Source: a virus (Duplodnaviria > Caudoviricetes). Taken from it: a DNA stretch of 64,000 bases. Under the pieces are notes generated by a model. It saw only the letters and a program-made list of their open reading frames with translations. It did not search any database and had not been told where the DNA came from. How positions within the stretch are numbered: the first letter of the stretch is position 1; each line of letters begins with the position of its first letter. The stretch spans positions 1 to 64,000 of IMG/VR virus record IMGVR_UViG_3300033066_001278; one strand, 5' to 3'. Both the position numbers and the translations under genes were made by a program. This document shows, in pieces, positions 1-9,312 of the stretch.

Positions 1-195
1 GGTGTTAAATCATTAGTTCCAGTTCAAATGAGTATATCTCATCTATTAGATAAACTTATTGAAGGAATTCAATCTGGCGCATCATATCAAGGTGTTAATG
101 ATATTAATAAATTACAACATGAACCAGTGTTTGTTAGATTGTCACATGGAGGAACTGTTGAAACATCAATTCATGATGTTAAAGTTATAGGATAA
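1..195 (+). CDS. IMP dehydrogenase / GMP reductase family, C-terminal part (5' truncated by window)
   Basis: Frame 1 is open from base 1: GVKSLVPVQMSISHLLDKLIEGIQSGASYQGVNDINKLQHEPVFVRLSHGGTVETSIHDVKVIG*. This matches the GuaB/GuaC C-terminal pattern (GV..VP...G..SG..Y.G...I..LQ....FV..S..G..E...HDV). Confidence 0.8.
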   Translation, partial: GVKSLVPVQMSISHLLDKLIEGIQSGASYQGVNDINKLQHEPVFVRLSHGGTVETSIHDVKVIG

Positions 196-566
196 TGAAA
201 AAAGATAAAGTAAGATGTGCATATTGTAATACTCTTCATTATATTGAAGAAGGTGTTTATGATAAAAAATTTTGGGTCTTTTGTAGCAAAAAAAATATTT
301 ATGCTAGAGAGGTATGTATAAGATATATAATTTCTAATTATAAACCTTTATATATACAATGGGAATTAAAACCAAATATTTTGGGAGATTTTGATTGTGT
401 AAATATATCTTGGAACAAGAATGGTTTTGCCTATATAAAAAAAACATATTTAAATGACACCATGTATTATTACGCATGCAATGTGCATGTAGATAAATTA
501 TCTAAAATTAAAAACGCAAAATATATCTTAACTCAAGTTAAGAAACAATTATTATTACAGGATTAA
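195..566 (+). CDS. Hypothetical protein (N-terminal CxxC; C-terminal KKQLLLQD tag)
   Basis: ORF track; start abuts the upstream stop; no family recognised. Confidence 0.7.
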   Translation: MKKDKVRCAYCNTLHYIEEGVYDKKFWVFCSKKNIYAREVCIRYIISNYKPLYIQWELKPNILGDFDCVNISWNKNGFAYIKKTYLNDTMYYYACNVHVDKLSKIKNAKYILTQVKKQLLLQD

Positions 567-602
567 ATGGAACAAGATTATTTAGATTTATTGAAAAACT
601 AA
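567..602 (+). pseudogene. Remnant of a thymidylate synthase N-terminus (MEQDYLDLLKN*)
   Basis: ATG directly follows the upstream stop. The peptide matches the start of the intact ThyA (EEQNYLNLLKE), with about 25/29 nt identity to 640-668. Confidence 0.65.
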
Positions 603-614
603 AATATATTTGGT

Positions 615-622
615 GTTATATA
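615..622 (+). promoter_or_regulatory. GTTATATA motif (putative phage promoter element) upstream of thyA
   Basis: Exact copy of an octamer recurring in intergenic regions; 8 nt before the ATG. Confidence 0.45.
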
Positions 623-630
623 AGGAATAA

Positions 631-1494
631 ATGAATCAAGAAGAACAAAATTATTTAAATTTATTAAAAGAAATTATTGACATTGGCGATAAACAAATGG
701 ATCGTACTGGTATTGGTACATTAAGTATATTTAGTGGCAAATTAAAATTCTCATTAGAGAATAATACTATACCTCTAATAACAACCAAAAAGATGTTTTT
801 TAGAGGTATAGTTGAAGAATTATTATTTTTTATTAGAGGAGAGACTAATACAAAACTTCTAGAAGAAAAAGGTGTTAATATTTGGAAGGGTAATACTTCA
901 AGAGAATTCTTAGATAGTAGAGGCTTAACCAATTTGCCAGAAGGCCACATGGGCAAAGGTTATGGATTTCAATGGCGTAATTTTAATGGAGATTATTTAA
1001 TTAATAATGGAGTGGATCAATTAAAAAATGTTATTGATACAATTAAAAATAATCCTTATGATCGTAGAATAATTATTAATGCGTGGAATCCATCTCAATT
1101 AAATGAAGTTGCGCTACCACCATGTCACACCTCAGTACAATTTTATGTAAATTCAAAAAAAGAATTATCATCTCAATTTATAATGCGTTCAAGTGACGCT
1201 TACCTTGGTGTGGTTTATAACTTTTGTAGTTATGCGCTATTAACTCATATTATTGCAAAAGTTTGTAATTTGAAGCCTAAAGAAGTTATATTTATTGGTG
1301 GCAACATTCATGTATATCTAAATCATTTAGAGCAAGTTAAAGAACAAATTTCTCGTACTCCATATAATTTTCCAACAATATCAATAAATAAAGAATTGCA
1401 TTCTTTAGAAGATATTGAATCTTTAAAATTTGAAGATTTTAAATTAGAAAATTATAAATATTACCCAGCTATTAAAGCCAATATGGCTATCTAA
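631..1494 (+). CDS. thyA: Thymidylate synthase (ThyA)
   Basis: DRTGIGT, YGFQWR, DQL, RRIIINAWNP, ALPPCH (catalytic Cys), RSSD, N..SYALL, HVYLNH, and C-terminal AIKANMAI. Confidence 0.98.
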   Translation: MNQEEQNYLNLLKEIIDIGDKQMDRTGIGTLSIFSGKLKFSLENNTIPLITTKKMFFRGIVEELLFFIRGETNTKLLEEKGVNIWKGNTSREFLDSRGLTNLPEGHMGKGYGFQWRNFNGDYLINNGVDQLKNVIDTIKNNPYDRRIIINAWNPSQLNEVALPPCHTSVQFYVNSKKELSSQFIMRSSDAYLGVVYNFCSYALLTHIIAKVCNLKPKEVIFIGGNIHVYLNHLEQVKEQISRTPYNFPTISINKELHSLEDIESLKFEDFKLENYKYYPAIKANMAI

Positions 1495-1518
1495 TTTACT
1501 AAATAGAGCTTGATGATT

Positions 1519-1547
1519 TTGACCTCAATTCCTATATTGCATATAAT
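1519..1547 (+). promoter_or_regulatory. Sigma70-type promoter for the endonuclease gene
   Basis: TTGACC (1519-1524), 17 nt spacer, TATAAT (1542-1547); ATG follows 3 nt later with no SD. Confidence 0.65.
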
Positions 1548-1550
1548 AAT

Positions 1551-2849
1551 ATGACTTTTCAAGATAGATTTAAAAATAAAGTATCAAATAATTGGATACT
1601 TAATGAAGTAGTTGAATCATTATTACAGCCAATAGATTTACAATGTAAATTCTGTGGACAAATTCTTGTTTTAAAGCAAGCAAAACATTTTAATAATTCT
1701 ACAAAATGTTCATGCATAAAATCTCTTGAAAAAAAGAAGAATAAATTTTCAAAACAAGAATTTTCTCAATTATTATTAGATTATAATCATTCTTTATTAT
1801 CTGAATATATTTCTCTTTATAATAATCCAATACAAATTAAATGTAATAATTGTAATTCAATTAAAACATTAAATCATGCATCTTCTTTTATTAAACATCC
1901 AACATGTAAACAATGTAATTACCAAGGCAATGGATTTTCTCAGCAAGAATTTTTAGATAAATTAAATCAAAATGGATTTAGATTATTATCAGAAATAAAA
2001 TTTTTATCTACTGAATGCTCTGTAGAAATACAATGTATTAATTGTGGCAAAAATAAAAAACTCAAACAATTTAAAAATGCTTTAAAATCTAGATGTGTGA
2101 ACCGCGAATGTTCTAACAAACGTTCTTTCAAATATAGCTTGAAAGAAGCAAAGCAAATTTGTTTACATAACAATGTAGAATTTGCCAGTGACGAATTTAA
2201 ATCAATAATTGATATTTATAATTTTAAATGTAAAAATGGCCATGAATTTTCTAAATCATTTGCGGAAATTCTAAGATCTTTTAAAAAGAATTTTAATGGA
2301 TGTAAACAATGCGCTAACTCCTCTATGAGAGAATCAATAGATTTGATTAAATCAAAGTATAATCAATTTGGCTTAGAGTTTTTAGATACAGAATATTTTT
2401 CTAGGCACACCAAGTATAATACTAAATGTTTAAAATGTAATTTTAAATGGACACCAACTGCCTCCTCTATTTTAAACATTCATAGTGGATGCCCCCAATG
2501 TAATAAACATTTAAATGAAAAATTAACTGGAAAATATTTGCATCAATTATTTCCAACAATTAAAATATGGTCTCATAAATATATTAAACGAGGGAAGACG
2601 CATATTTATGTTGATTATTATATGGAAATAAATAACGAGAAGTATATTGTTGAATATAATGGAATTCAGCATTATCAACCAACTATATTTAGTGGTAATA
2701 AAGATTCAGAATTAAATTTTGAAAAACAAAAAAATAGAGATCAATGGTTAAGAGATTATTGTATAACTAATAATATTAATCTAATAGAAATTGATGGCAG
2801 ATATTATATAAAAGAAAATATTTTAGAATATTTAAAATTACAATTTTAA
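1551..2849 (+). CDS. Free-standing putative homing endonuclease: multiple Zn-ribbon repeats plus Vsr/DUF559-like (EDxHD-type) nuclease domain
   Basis: Repeated CxxC...C units; C-terminal VDYY...IVEYNGIQHY...QKNRDQWLRDYC..NNINLIEI; sits next to a conserved nucleotide-metabolism gene. Confidence 0.75.
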   Translation: MTFQDRFKNKVSNNWILNEVVESLLQPIDLQCKFCGQILVLKQAKHFNNSTKCSCIKSLEKKKNKFSKQEFSQLLLDYNHSLLSEYISLYNNPIQIKCNNCNSIKTLNHASSFIKHPTCKQCNYQGNGFSQQEFLDKLNQNGFRLLSEIKFLSTECSVEIQCINCGKNKKLKQFKNALKSRCVNRECSNKRSFKYSLKEAKQICLHNNVEFASDEFKSIIDIYNFKCKNGHEFSKSFAEILRSFKKNFNGCKQCANSSMRESIDLIKSKYNQFGLEFLDTEYFSRHTKYNTKCLKCNFKWTPTASSILNIHSGCPQCNKHLNEKLTGKYLHQLFPTIKIWSHKYIKRGKTHIYVDYYMEINNEKYIVEYNGIQHYQPTIFSGNKDSELNFEKQKNRDQWLRDYCITNNINLIEIDGRYYIKENILEYLKLQF

Positions 2850-2858
2850 TCAAATTAA

Positions 2859-3026
2859 ATAGCAATTAAAGAACAATTAAATAGAGATGTGCAATCTAAT
2901 TTTCCAACTTTAAATATTAAAAAAGAAATATTATCACTTAGTGATTTAGAAAAATTATCTTATTTAGATTTTGAAATTACAAACTATAATCCACAACCAG
3001 CTATAAAGGCTGATATGGCAATTTAA
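2859..3026 (+). pseudogene. Remnant of a second thymidylate synthase C-terminus
   Basis: No start codon. Reads IAIKEQLNRDVQSNFPTLNIKKEILSLSDLEKLSYLDFEITNYNPQPAIKADMAI*, aligning to the last ~55 aa of the intact ThyA (VKEQISRTPYNFPTISINKELHSLEDIESLKFEDFKLENYKYYPAIKANMAI). Confidence 0.9.
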
Positions 3027-3037
3027 CAAAGGAAGAA

Positions 3038-3556
3038 ATGTATAAATTAAGTTTAGAAGCAGAAGTTAGAGAATTAGAACGTCAATTAAAAATAATTGAA
3101 AAAAGAAAAGATAAAATAAATAAAAAACTAGCATCAATACAAACAATTAAAACAAAATATCCTAATGCAAAATTAGGCTACAATTCTATATTTATAGATG
3201 GTGCGGGCAAAAATGCTTGTTTTAAAATAGATTATAATGGGGGAATTTGTTTTTTCACTAATGATAAATTCAATGGATATAAAATATATTATGAATCAGA
3301 AATAAAATTATTTTCTGTTGAAAGAGTGTATAATATACCTGGCAAAGGTTATTATAATTGTGATTATAAAATAACTATCTATAATATAGAACCAAAATTA
3401 GAAAAATATTCTAATAAAGAAAGTTTATTAGCTAAAATAGAAAAGAATTTACTAAAGATAGTTGCAGGAAAGCAAAAAACATATATGAGAAATCTCACCC
3501 TTGATGAAAAATCTCATAATTATGAGAAATATAAAAAGCTTTTAATGTTAAAGTAA
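3038..3556 (+). CDS. Hypothetical protein (C-terminal YKKLLMLK tag)
   Basis: ORF track; SD AAGGA upstream. Confidence 0.75.
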   Translation: MYKLSLEAEVRELERQLKIIEKRKDKINKKLASIQTIKTKYPNAKLGYNSIFIDGAGKNACFKIDYNGGICFFTNDKFNGYKIYYESEIKLFSVERVYNIPGKGYYNCDYKITIYNIEPKLEKYSNKESLLAKIEKNLLKIVAGKQKTYMRNLTLDEKSHNYEKYKKLLMLK

Positions 3557-4009
3557 ATTGTATTTATAAACTCTAATACCATATTTCGTTAATTCGTTAA
3601 CGAATTTATCTTTATCTTCACATAAAGATAAATCATTATCATATATATGAATTGACGCTTTTTCAAATTGACATAAGTCAATTAATGGCTTAAGCTCTTT
3701 AGTTAAAGAGCCTTCAATATATTTATTGTTTTCATCAAAACACAGCATTGTCATGACCCACAGATCACTTTGGGCCAAAGTATAAGAAAATTTTCCTGGC
3801 TTCCAGTTGGCTTTATTAGCTGACCATCTCTTAAAGTCAAGAGATAATTTATTAAAAATTTTAGAATATGCTTTTTGAGAATCAAACTCCCATTTACCAT
3901 CCATTGAACATGGTAATAGAACTATTCTTAACCCATCTGGCTCAGCATTGGTAAATTTTTCTTTGGACTCTTTGATGCGGCCCTTTTGCATAAATTGTGA
4001 TGTAATCAT
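3548..4009 (-). CDS. Hypothetical protein, possibly a degenerate macrodomain fold
   Basis: ORF track. The strand/helix pattern (IVLLPC..DG.W ... KPGK.......LWVMTM ... L.PLIDL....ASIHI) resembles TARG1/DarG-like macrodomains, but catalytic motifs are not clear. Confidence 0.55.
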   Translation of the reverse strand: MITSQFMQKGRIKESKEKFTNAEPDGLRIVLLPCSMDGKWEFDSQKAYSKIFNKLSLDFKRWSANKANWKPGKFSYTLAQSDLWVMTMLCFDENNKYIEGSLTKELKPLIDLCQFEKASIHIYDNDLSLCEDKDKFVNELTKYGIRVYKYNLL

Positions 4010-4018
4010 TCAATCAAA

Positions 4019-4771
4019 TTATATCACAGAAAAATGCTTATTTATTTTAAATAGCAAATCTTTTGTGTTATTTTTGTTTTCAAAATTCATACTGGTCAAA
4101 CTAGAGTTTATAATTGACTCTGGGTCTAGTATGTTTTTTTTGACTTTCACAGACTTATTGTTAAAGAACTTATCAAACAAGATGTCAGTTTCTCCATCAC
4201 ACTCATCTGGAAAGCTGTCAGACAAGCCCTGAAAAGGCTTAACCCACTCAAATCCATCAGCCAGCTCTATGGAGCTGTTGCACATGTGAGAGTAAATATA
4301 TTTCTTATCACTATTTAATAAGATATTTCTGTAATAACTATTATTAGATTCATAATTAAAAAAATAAGTTTGTGTATTAATTTTAAACTTATTCTTAAGT
4401 CCCCTTGGACATGCCCAATAAAAAATGACTGGCGACACTTGCCAAACTTCAATGCCCAAATCTAGAGCAATACATGAAGTATAAGGCTCAAAGTCTGATA
4501 TGATTAAATCAGGTTTAAGCTCAATAACTTTTTTAAAAAAAAGTTTAAAATTGTTATTCTTAAAATTTAAAACACTATCTGGACTAGTGAAATTTAAAAT
4601 TGATTCTAAATTAAAATCTAATTGTAAACTAGATGAATTAGAAAATCCAGCGGTTATTATATCAAATTTGTTTTTATCTATATTTTTTACAAATCTAGAA
4701 ATTCGTGAGTAAGATCCACAAAATTGATTGGCAGCATATAATATTTTGTATTTATTATTTACCTTAAGCAT
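4019..4771 (-). CDS. GT-B glycosyltransferase-like protein (MJ1255-like), truncated or degenerate
   Basis: KILYA..Q..GSYSR and PDLIISDFEPYT..IA..LGI match the N-lobe of MJ1255/VC2487-type GTs; the C-lobe is short. Confidence 0.6.
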   Translation of the reverse strand: MLKVNNKYKILYAANQFCGSYSRISRFVKNIDKNKFDIITAGFSNSSSLQLDFNLESILNFTSPDSVLNFKNNNFKLFFKKVIELKPDLIISDFEPYTSCIALDLGIEVWQVSPVIFYWACPRGLKNKFKINTQTYFFNYESNNSYYRNILLNSDKKYIYSHMCNSSIELADGFEWVKPFQGLSDSFPDECDGETDILFDKFFNNKSVKVKKNILDPESIINSSLTSMNFENKNNTKDLLFKINKHFSVI

Positions 4772-5337
4772 TTGATTTGTTGATAGAATAGCTCTTTAGT
4801 AGCTAAAGTATCCGCTTCAGCAGTATGGGCTTTAGCATTCTTGATATTAAATTTCTTTAATAGAGTATTTAAATTATAAAACTCTTGTCTTTCTTCTTTA
4901 CATAAATCTATAAATAAAGCTATTTGTCTGACATCAATCATAAATGGTCTATCACCAAATGGAAAAGTTTCTTTTGATTCTTTCCACATTTCTTGTAAAA
5001 ATTGAGCGTCAAATATAACATTTTGTCCAACTAAGATTCTATCTTTAGGCAAGCTATTATCTTCCATAAACCAGTTTTCAATATCAAACATAACATCTTG
5101 TTTTTTAAGATAATTAGCTTTTCCATATTCTGTTTGATGTAATAAATCTTCCAGTTTATGTTTATTAATTCTTAAAGCTTCATCATTAATATTGTTAGTA
5201 TGCTCCGGTTTAATCTTCCAAGTTTTAATTGCATCATCTGAACATCTATAAATAGACAGCTCTATAATGTCATTTGATTTATGATCCAAGCCTGTAGTTT
5301 CAGTATCTAAAATATAAACGGCGAAATGTTTGAACAT
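4759..5337 (-). CDS. DEDDh 3'-5' exonuclease (DnaQ / Pol III epsilon-like)
   Basis: ExoI LDTETTG, ExoII GQNVIFD, ExoIII HTAEAD. Confidence 0.92.
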   Translation of the reverse strand: MFKHFAVYILDTETTGLDHKSNDIIELSIYRCSDDAIKTWKIKPEHTNNINDEALRINKHKLEDLLHQTEYGKANYLKKQDVMFDIENWFMEDNSLPKDRILVGQNVIFDAQFLQEMWKESKETFPFGDRPFMIDVRQIALFIDLCKEERQEFYNLNTLLKKFNIKNAKAHTAEADTLATKELFYQQIKCLR

Positions 5338-5381
5338 ATAAATTGCTCCTTGTCAACAAGTTAAATCTTCTAACTAGATAA

Positions 5382-5774
5382 TCAGCTCTTTAAAGAATCT
5401 ATCTTTGTTTTAAGATTTTTTCTTAAACTATTGATGGATTTAATTCCAGCTTTAGCTTCTACTAATAACCATGAAAATCCATCAGGCGTTCTTAGGAATT
5501 CTTTTTCTTTTTTAGAAAGACTTTCACTATCTAATGTGAAAATTACTTTGGTATCTTCATATATACGCCATTTTTCTGATACGCTTTTTGTTTCATTTAT
5601 TTTTTTAATTCTAAATATTTTGGCAACTTTTTTAGCTTTTTCTTCATCATATAATTCATAGTCAAATTTGCTCAAAATATATTTGATATTTTGATCTCCA
5701 CCTGAAGCATTTTCATTTGATGGAGTATAAAAATTATCTGAAGATGATCCAGAACTAGTTTTTGATGTTTTCAT
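5382..5774 (-). CDS. Hypothetical protein
   Basis: ORF track gives 5382..5852; the likelier start is MKTSK at 5774, an ATGA overlap with the oxidoreductase stop. Confidence 0.7.
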   Translation of the reverse strand: MKTSKTSSGSSSDNFYTPSNENASGGDQNIKYILSKFDYELYDEEKAKKVAKIFRIKKINETKSVSEKWRIYEDTKVIFTLDSESLSKKEKEFLRTPDGFSWLLVEAKAGIKSINSLRKNLKTKIDSLKS

Positions 5775-6988
5775 TTTAATACAGACTCTCCTACAATTGT
5801 TCCAGTTATTGATGCTGCTAATAATCCAGATAAACCAGCTGCTTCTCCGCAAACAAATAAGCCATCTAAATCTGTCTCAAATGTTTTTGAAACATTTATT
5901 TTAGCTGGCATAGGTTGTATCTCTGGAAAATGTAAATAGCCTTTATCTAAAAGGTCAGGGCAAAATTCGCTAAACTTTTCAAGCTCTGTTTTTAACCAAT
6001 TAAATTGAGGTATGATTGATAATTTACTTTTATCACTCATTATTAATGAAACCTTTTCTTTTATTAATCTATCATTAGCTAATAAAAATGTTAATCTACC
6101 AATACGGTCTATTTCTTCCCAAGCATTTGCCTTTTGTATCTTTTTAATAAAAGAGAAAGAGACATTTTCTGTTTCCCAACGCTTTTCATTTGATCTAAAA
6201 GCACATATAGCTAAATCTAAATGATCTTCTGGAATAATAGTTCCATTCCACATAAATGGGCCAATTTCTAAATCTTCTGAATCTAATGTTAGACAAGAAT
6301 TATTCCATTCTGTCATAAATGAATTAGCAATTTCTAATCTTACACCATATTTAGCAACATTATTTTCTGTAATTAAGCCAAACTTTTCATAAATTTTAGA
6401 ATTCCATCTCCATGCAGAACGCCCTGTTGCCAAAACAACTTTAGCTGCATAAAATGTTCCTCTGTCTGTTTCTAATACAAATTGTTTTTTTTCTTTATAA
6501 ATATCATAAACTTCATTATCAAAAAATTCAACTAAGTTTTCAAATTTTTCCATAATAGAGGCCGATTTTTTAGAAAATAAATGAATATCTTTTGGAAAGC
6601 TTTGAATGTAATTATTATATGTAATAGTATAATGTTTACCTAATTTATTAAGCAAAGACTTTTGAGGTTTATCTGTTTTTATAGTTTTAGCATTTTCCAA
6701 AATGTCATTTAACATTAATAAACTATGATTATAAGCTGTTGTAGTTTTTCTAACACCACATAGCTCAGTAATTTTATCAACATCATTTAAAAATAATTTA
6801 CCATCACTATTTGGCCAACAACCAAGAAATCCTTCAAGTTGTCTTCTTCTTTTTAATGGTGGTCTTCCAAATTCCATTAAAGCAATTTTAGAATCTGATT
6901 TTAATTTTGCCATTTTGTTAATAGCAAAAGCACCAGACATCCCTCCACCAATAACGATTACATCAAAATAATTACTATTATTATTCAA
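5771..6988 (-). CDS. FAD-dependent oxidoreductase (COG2509-like)
   Basis: DVIVIGGGMSG Rossmann motif, SDGKL, VVLATGR, GVRLE, GLFVCGEAAG; TTG start with GGAG SD. Confidence 0.85.
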   Translation of the reverse strand: MNNNSNYFDVIVIGGGMSGAFAINKMAKLKSDSKIALMEFGRPPLKRRRQLEGFLGCWPNSDGKLFLNDVDKITELCGVRKTTTAYNHSLLMLNDILENAKTIKTDKPQKSLLNKLGKHYTITYNNYIQSFPKDIHLFSKKSASIMEKFENLVEFFDNEVYDIYKEKKQFVLETDRGTFYAAKVVLATGRSAWRWNSKIYEKFGLITENNVAKYGVRLEIANSFMTEWNNSCLTLDSEDLEIGPFMWNGTIIPEDHLDLAICAFRSNEKRWETENVSFSFIKKIQKANAWEEIDRIGRLTFLLANDRLIKEKVSLIMSDKSKLSIIPQFNWLKTELEKFSEFCPDLLDKGYLHFPEIQPMPAKINVSKTFETDLDGLFVCGEAAGLSGLLAASITGTIVGESVLK

Positions 6989-7008
6989 AATAACTCCAGA
7001 CTACCCAA

Positions 7009-7028
7009 TATATAACGCTAGTTATATA
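7009..7028. promoter_or_regulatory. Inverted pair of GTTATATA motifs (TATATAAC-GCTA-GTTATATA)
   Basis: 8 bp inverted repeat in the 6989-7041 intergenic gap; the minus-strand copy lies 20 nt upstream of the oxidoreductase start. Confidence 0.5.
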
Positions 7029-7041
7029 GTTAGTCTAGAAA

Positions 7042-9276
7042 TTAATCGCTTTTATACACACCAGAAAGTCTAGAACTATTTAATAATGGAAAATCTAAAC
7101 TAATTCTATAGGTAGTGCCATTTACAGCAAACTCATCACTATTCGCATATCCTTTTGGTAAATACATTTTATCAGCTACTGACATAAGTATCGCTGAATT
7201 TGAGCAGGTAATTTCGAATAAAAATCCTGTTTTTAAAGTAGCTGAAGTGCCATATAATGTGCGATTTCCAACAAATACAACATATGAAGTGCCTTTGGTT
7301 AATGAAATAACAGTAGTATTAATGTCACCCAAAAAACAAATATTACTTAAATTAAGTGTACCACCAGCTAATCCAAAATTAGATGTGTCTTCATTAGCAA
7401 TTCCTGTTGAACCACCACCATCACCTGTAGCAGCATCTATAAAAGTATCACCACCTATTCCAAATGTATCATCTGGATCATTATTTTCTATTTGATAGAG
7501 AAATCCGCCATTCATTAATATTTTAGAATGATATGTATCATATACTTTAACCATACACCCTGGTTGTAATTTAATCTTACCAGTATAACATAGCCATAAT
7601 AAAACATTAGCGCCAGCGGTGCAATTTACTATACATCTCGTAGCGTCAAAAACACAACCAAAAATTGTAATATTACCACTATTTAAATTTAAATCAACTT
7701 TATTAATACTATTAATTGTTAATTGTTTTAATATAATTTTTCCTGTTCCTAAACAAGAAATGGATTTAATAGAAACATTTCTTAATGTCATTAATGTTGC
7801 AGTTAAACCACCACCATCAGGAACATCATGTGGGGTTTGAGAAGTTGTCGGATCAGTAATAGATTCCAAGGCATAAAATCCAGTAAAATTCATTAAAGTA
7901 GAAGAGCTCTTATATACTGACAATCCATAATAATTAACGGCTGGTGATCCAGATTGAATATTTCTCCATAAACCAATAGTTTTTGGCCATGTTCCATCAG
8001 TATTTTTACCATATGGTCTATTTAAAAATCTATTTCTAGTTGTAGTTGAATTAATATTTATAGTTGTTCCAGATGCAGTTGTACTTCCTGTGATTAATAA
8101 ATTATAACCATCTAAAGTCCAGTTAGGATCAATATCAATATAACCATCTAAGTCTGACCTAATTTCAACTGTAACATTTTTTATTAATGGTTTACTGCCA
8201 AGTCTAGTTTTAAGTTCAGGCCATGTTTTTAAAGCTGTACCAGTTGTAGTTCCATCATTTTCATTATTACCAGCTGAATCAATATACCAATTGCTAATAT
8301 TGGTCCAATTATAGCCATCAGATAATATTCTTAACCAAGAAGCAGATTGACCTGAAACCCAACCAGTTGGTCTAACAACTTTAAAATCTATAGTATCATC
8401 TGCTGTAGCAGTAGTATCTGAAAAGAATTTGTAATAACACTCTAATGTATTTACATAAACTAAATAACCATCACTTAAGCTTCCATATCCATCATAAGCT
8501 TTTAGTGCAGCTATATTGGCAAAATATGGAATCCCACCAGTTGTAGTTGCCCATATTGGATTTGCTGCTGCACCTTGAGTTTTAAGAAACTGTCCAGAAG
8601 TTCCTGGTCCAAGATTAGTCCAAGCACTCCCATTATAATAAACAATATCTCCTTGGGCTGGTGAAGCTGCAACAGGGCTAATTGCAGTTATGCGGCCTTT
8701 TGCATCCACTGTGACTGATGCTGGCAACTTTGTTATACCAGCACTCACACCACTATCAGCTAAAGTTAAACTAGCATTTCCACCTGCGCCACCATCAGCG
8801 AGAGCTAGTGGGCTGGTAACAGTTAAAACTCTTTCTTGTGTTAAAGTACCATTAGTTGTAAGAGTTAAATATTGAGCATCTACAGGTGCTCCTGAACCAG
8901 CAACAGTTCCAGGACTCCAAGCAGAACCATCCCAAACTAATGCTTGACCCGTTGTTGGTGCTGTACTAGCTATAGTTCTATTTTGTATTTTAACAACAGT
9001 TGGACTTGGATAATTATCTGCTAAATCTCCACCAGCTGGTCCAACTGGAGTTCCACCACCACCAGAAGTGCTAATTGCATTAATTAAGTCTTCTAGAGAA
9101 TCTAAACGTGCTCTAACAGTTGTATAAGTTCCAGATGGTTTTACACCTAATTCAGCTTCTATTGCTAAAATAGCAGAACGAAGCTTATTGATAAAAGTAG
9201 TATCAATAATATCTGAAATATCTACTGCTGGTGGAATACTTGATGCATCATCTATACTAGCTGGATAGTTAACCAT
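7042..9276 (-). CDS. Virion fibre / tail-fibre-like structural protein
   Basis: Gly/Thr/Ser-rich; phage fibre motifs (GGDLADNYPSPTV, GQALVWDGSAWSP, VTVDAKGRIT, GQFLKTQG); C-terminal beta-rich region. Confidence 0.75.
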   Translation of the reverse strand: MVNYPASIDDASSIPPAVDISDIIDTTFINKLRSAILAIEAELGVKPSGTYTTVRARLDSLEDLINAISTSGGGGTPVGPAGGDLADNYPSPTVVKIQNRTIASTAPTTGQALVWDGSAWSPGTVAGSGAPVDAQYLTLTTNGTLTQERVLTVTSPLALADGGAGGNASLTLADSGVSAGITKLPASVTVDAKGRITAISPVAASPAQGDIVYYNGSAWTNLGPGTSGQFLKTQGAAANPIWATTTGGIPYFANIAALKAYDGYGSLSDGYLVYVNTLECYYKFFSDTTATADDTIDFKVVRPTGWVSGQSASWLRILSDGYNWTNISNWYIDSAGNNENDGTTTGTALKTWPELKTRLGSKPLIKNVTVEIRSDLDGYIDIDPNWTLDGYNLLITGSTTASGTTININSTTTRNRFLNRPYGKNTDGTWPKTIGLWRNIQSGSPAVNYYGLSVYKSSSTLMNFTGFYALESITDPTTSQTPHDVPDGGGLTATLMTLRNVSIKSISCLGTGKIILKQLTINSINKVDLNLNSGNITIFGCVFDATRCIVNCTAGANVLLWLCYTGKIKLQPGCMVKVYDTYHSKILMNGGFLYQIENNDPDDTFGIGGDTFIDAATGDGGGSTGIANEDTSNFGLAGGTLNLSNICFLGDINTTVISLTKGTSYVVFVGNRTLYGTSATLKTGFLFEITCSNSAILMSVADKMYLPKGYANSDEFAVNGTTYRISLDFPLLNSSRLSGVYKSD

Positions 9277-9312
9277 TATTTAAACCTATTGTTTCTAAAG
9301 AATGCGTTATTT

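Noticed and set aside
1494-2860. Group I intron in thyA (T4 td-like)
   Set aside because: The upstream thyA is already complete through its MAI C-terminus, and I could not identify P/Q/R/S core elements, so the downstream piece is better read as a remnant than an exon.
5350-5360. TTGACA upstream of the exonuclease as a -35 box
   Set aside because: It abuts the SD, leaving no room for a spacer and -10 before the start codon.
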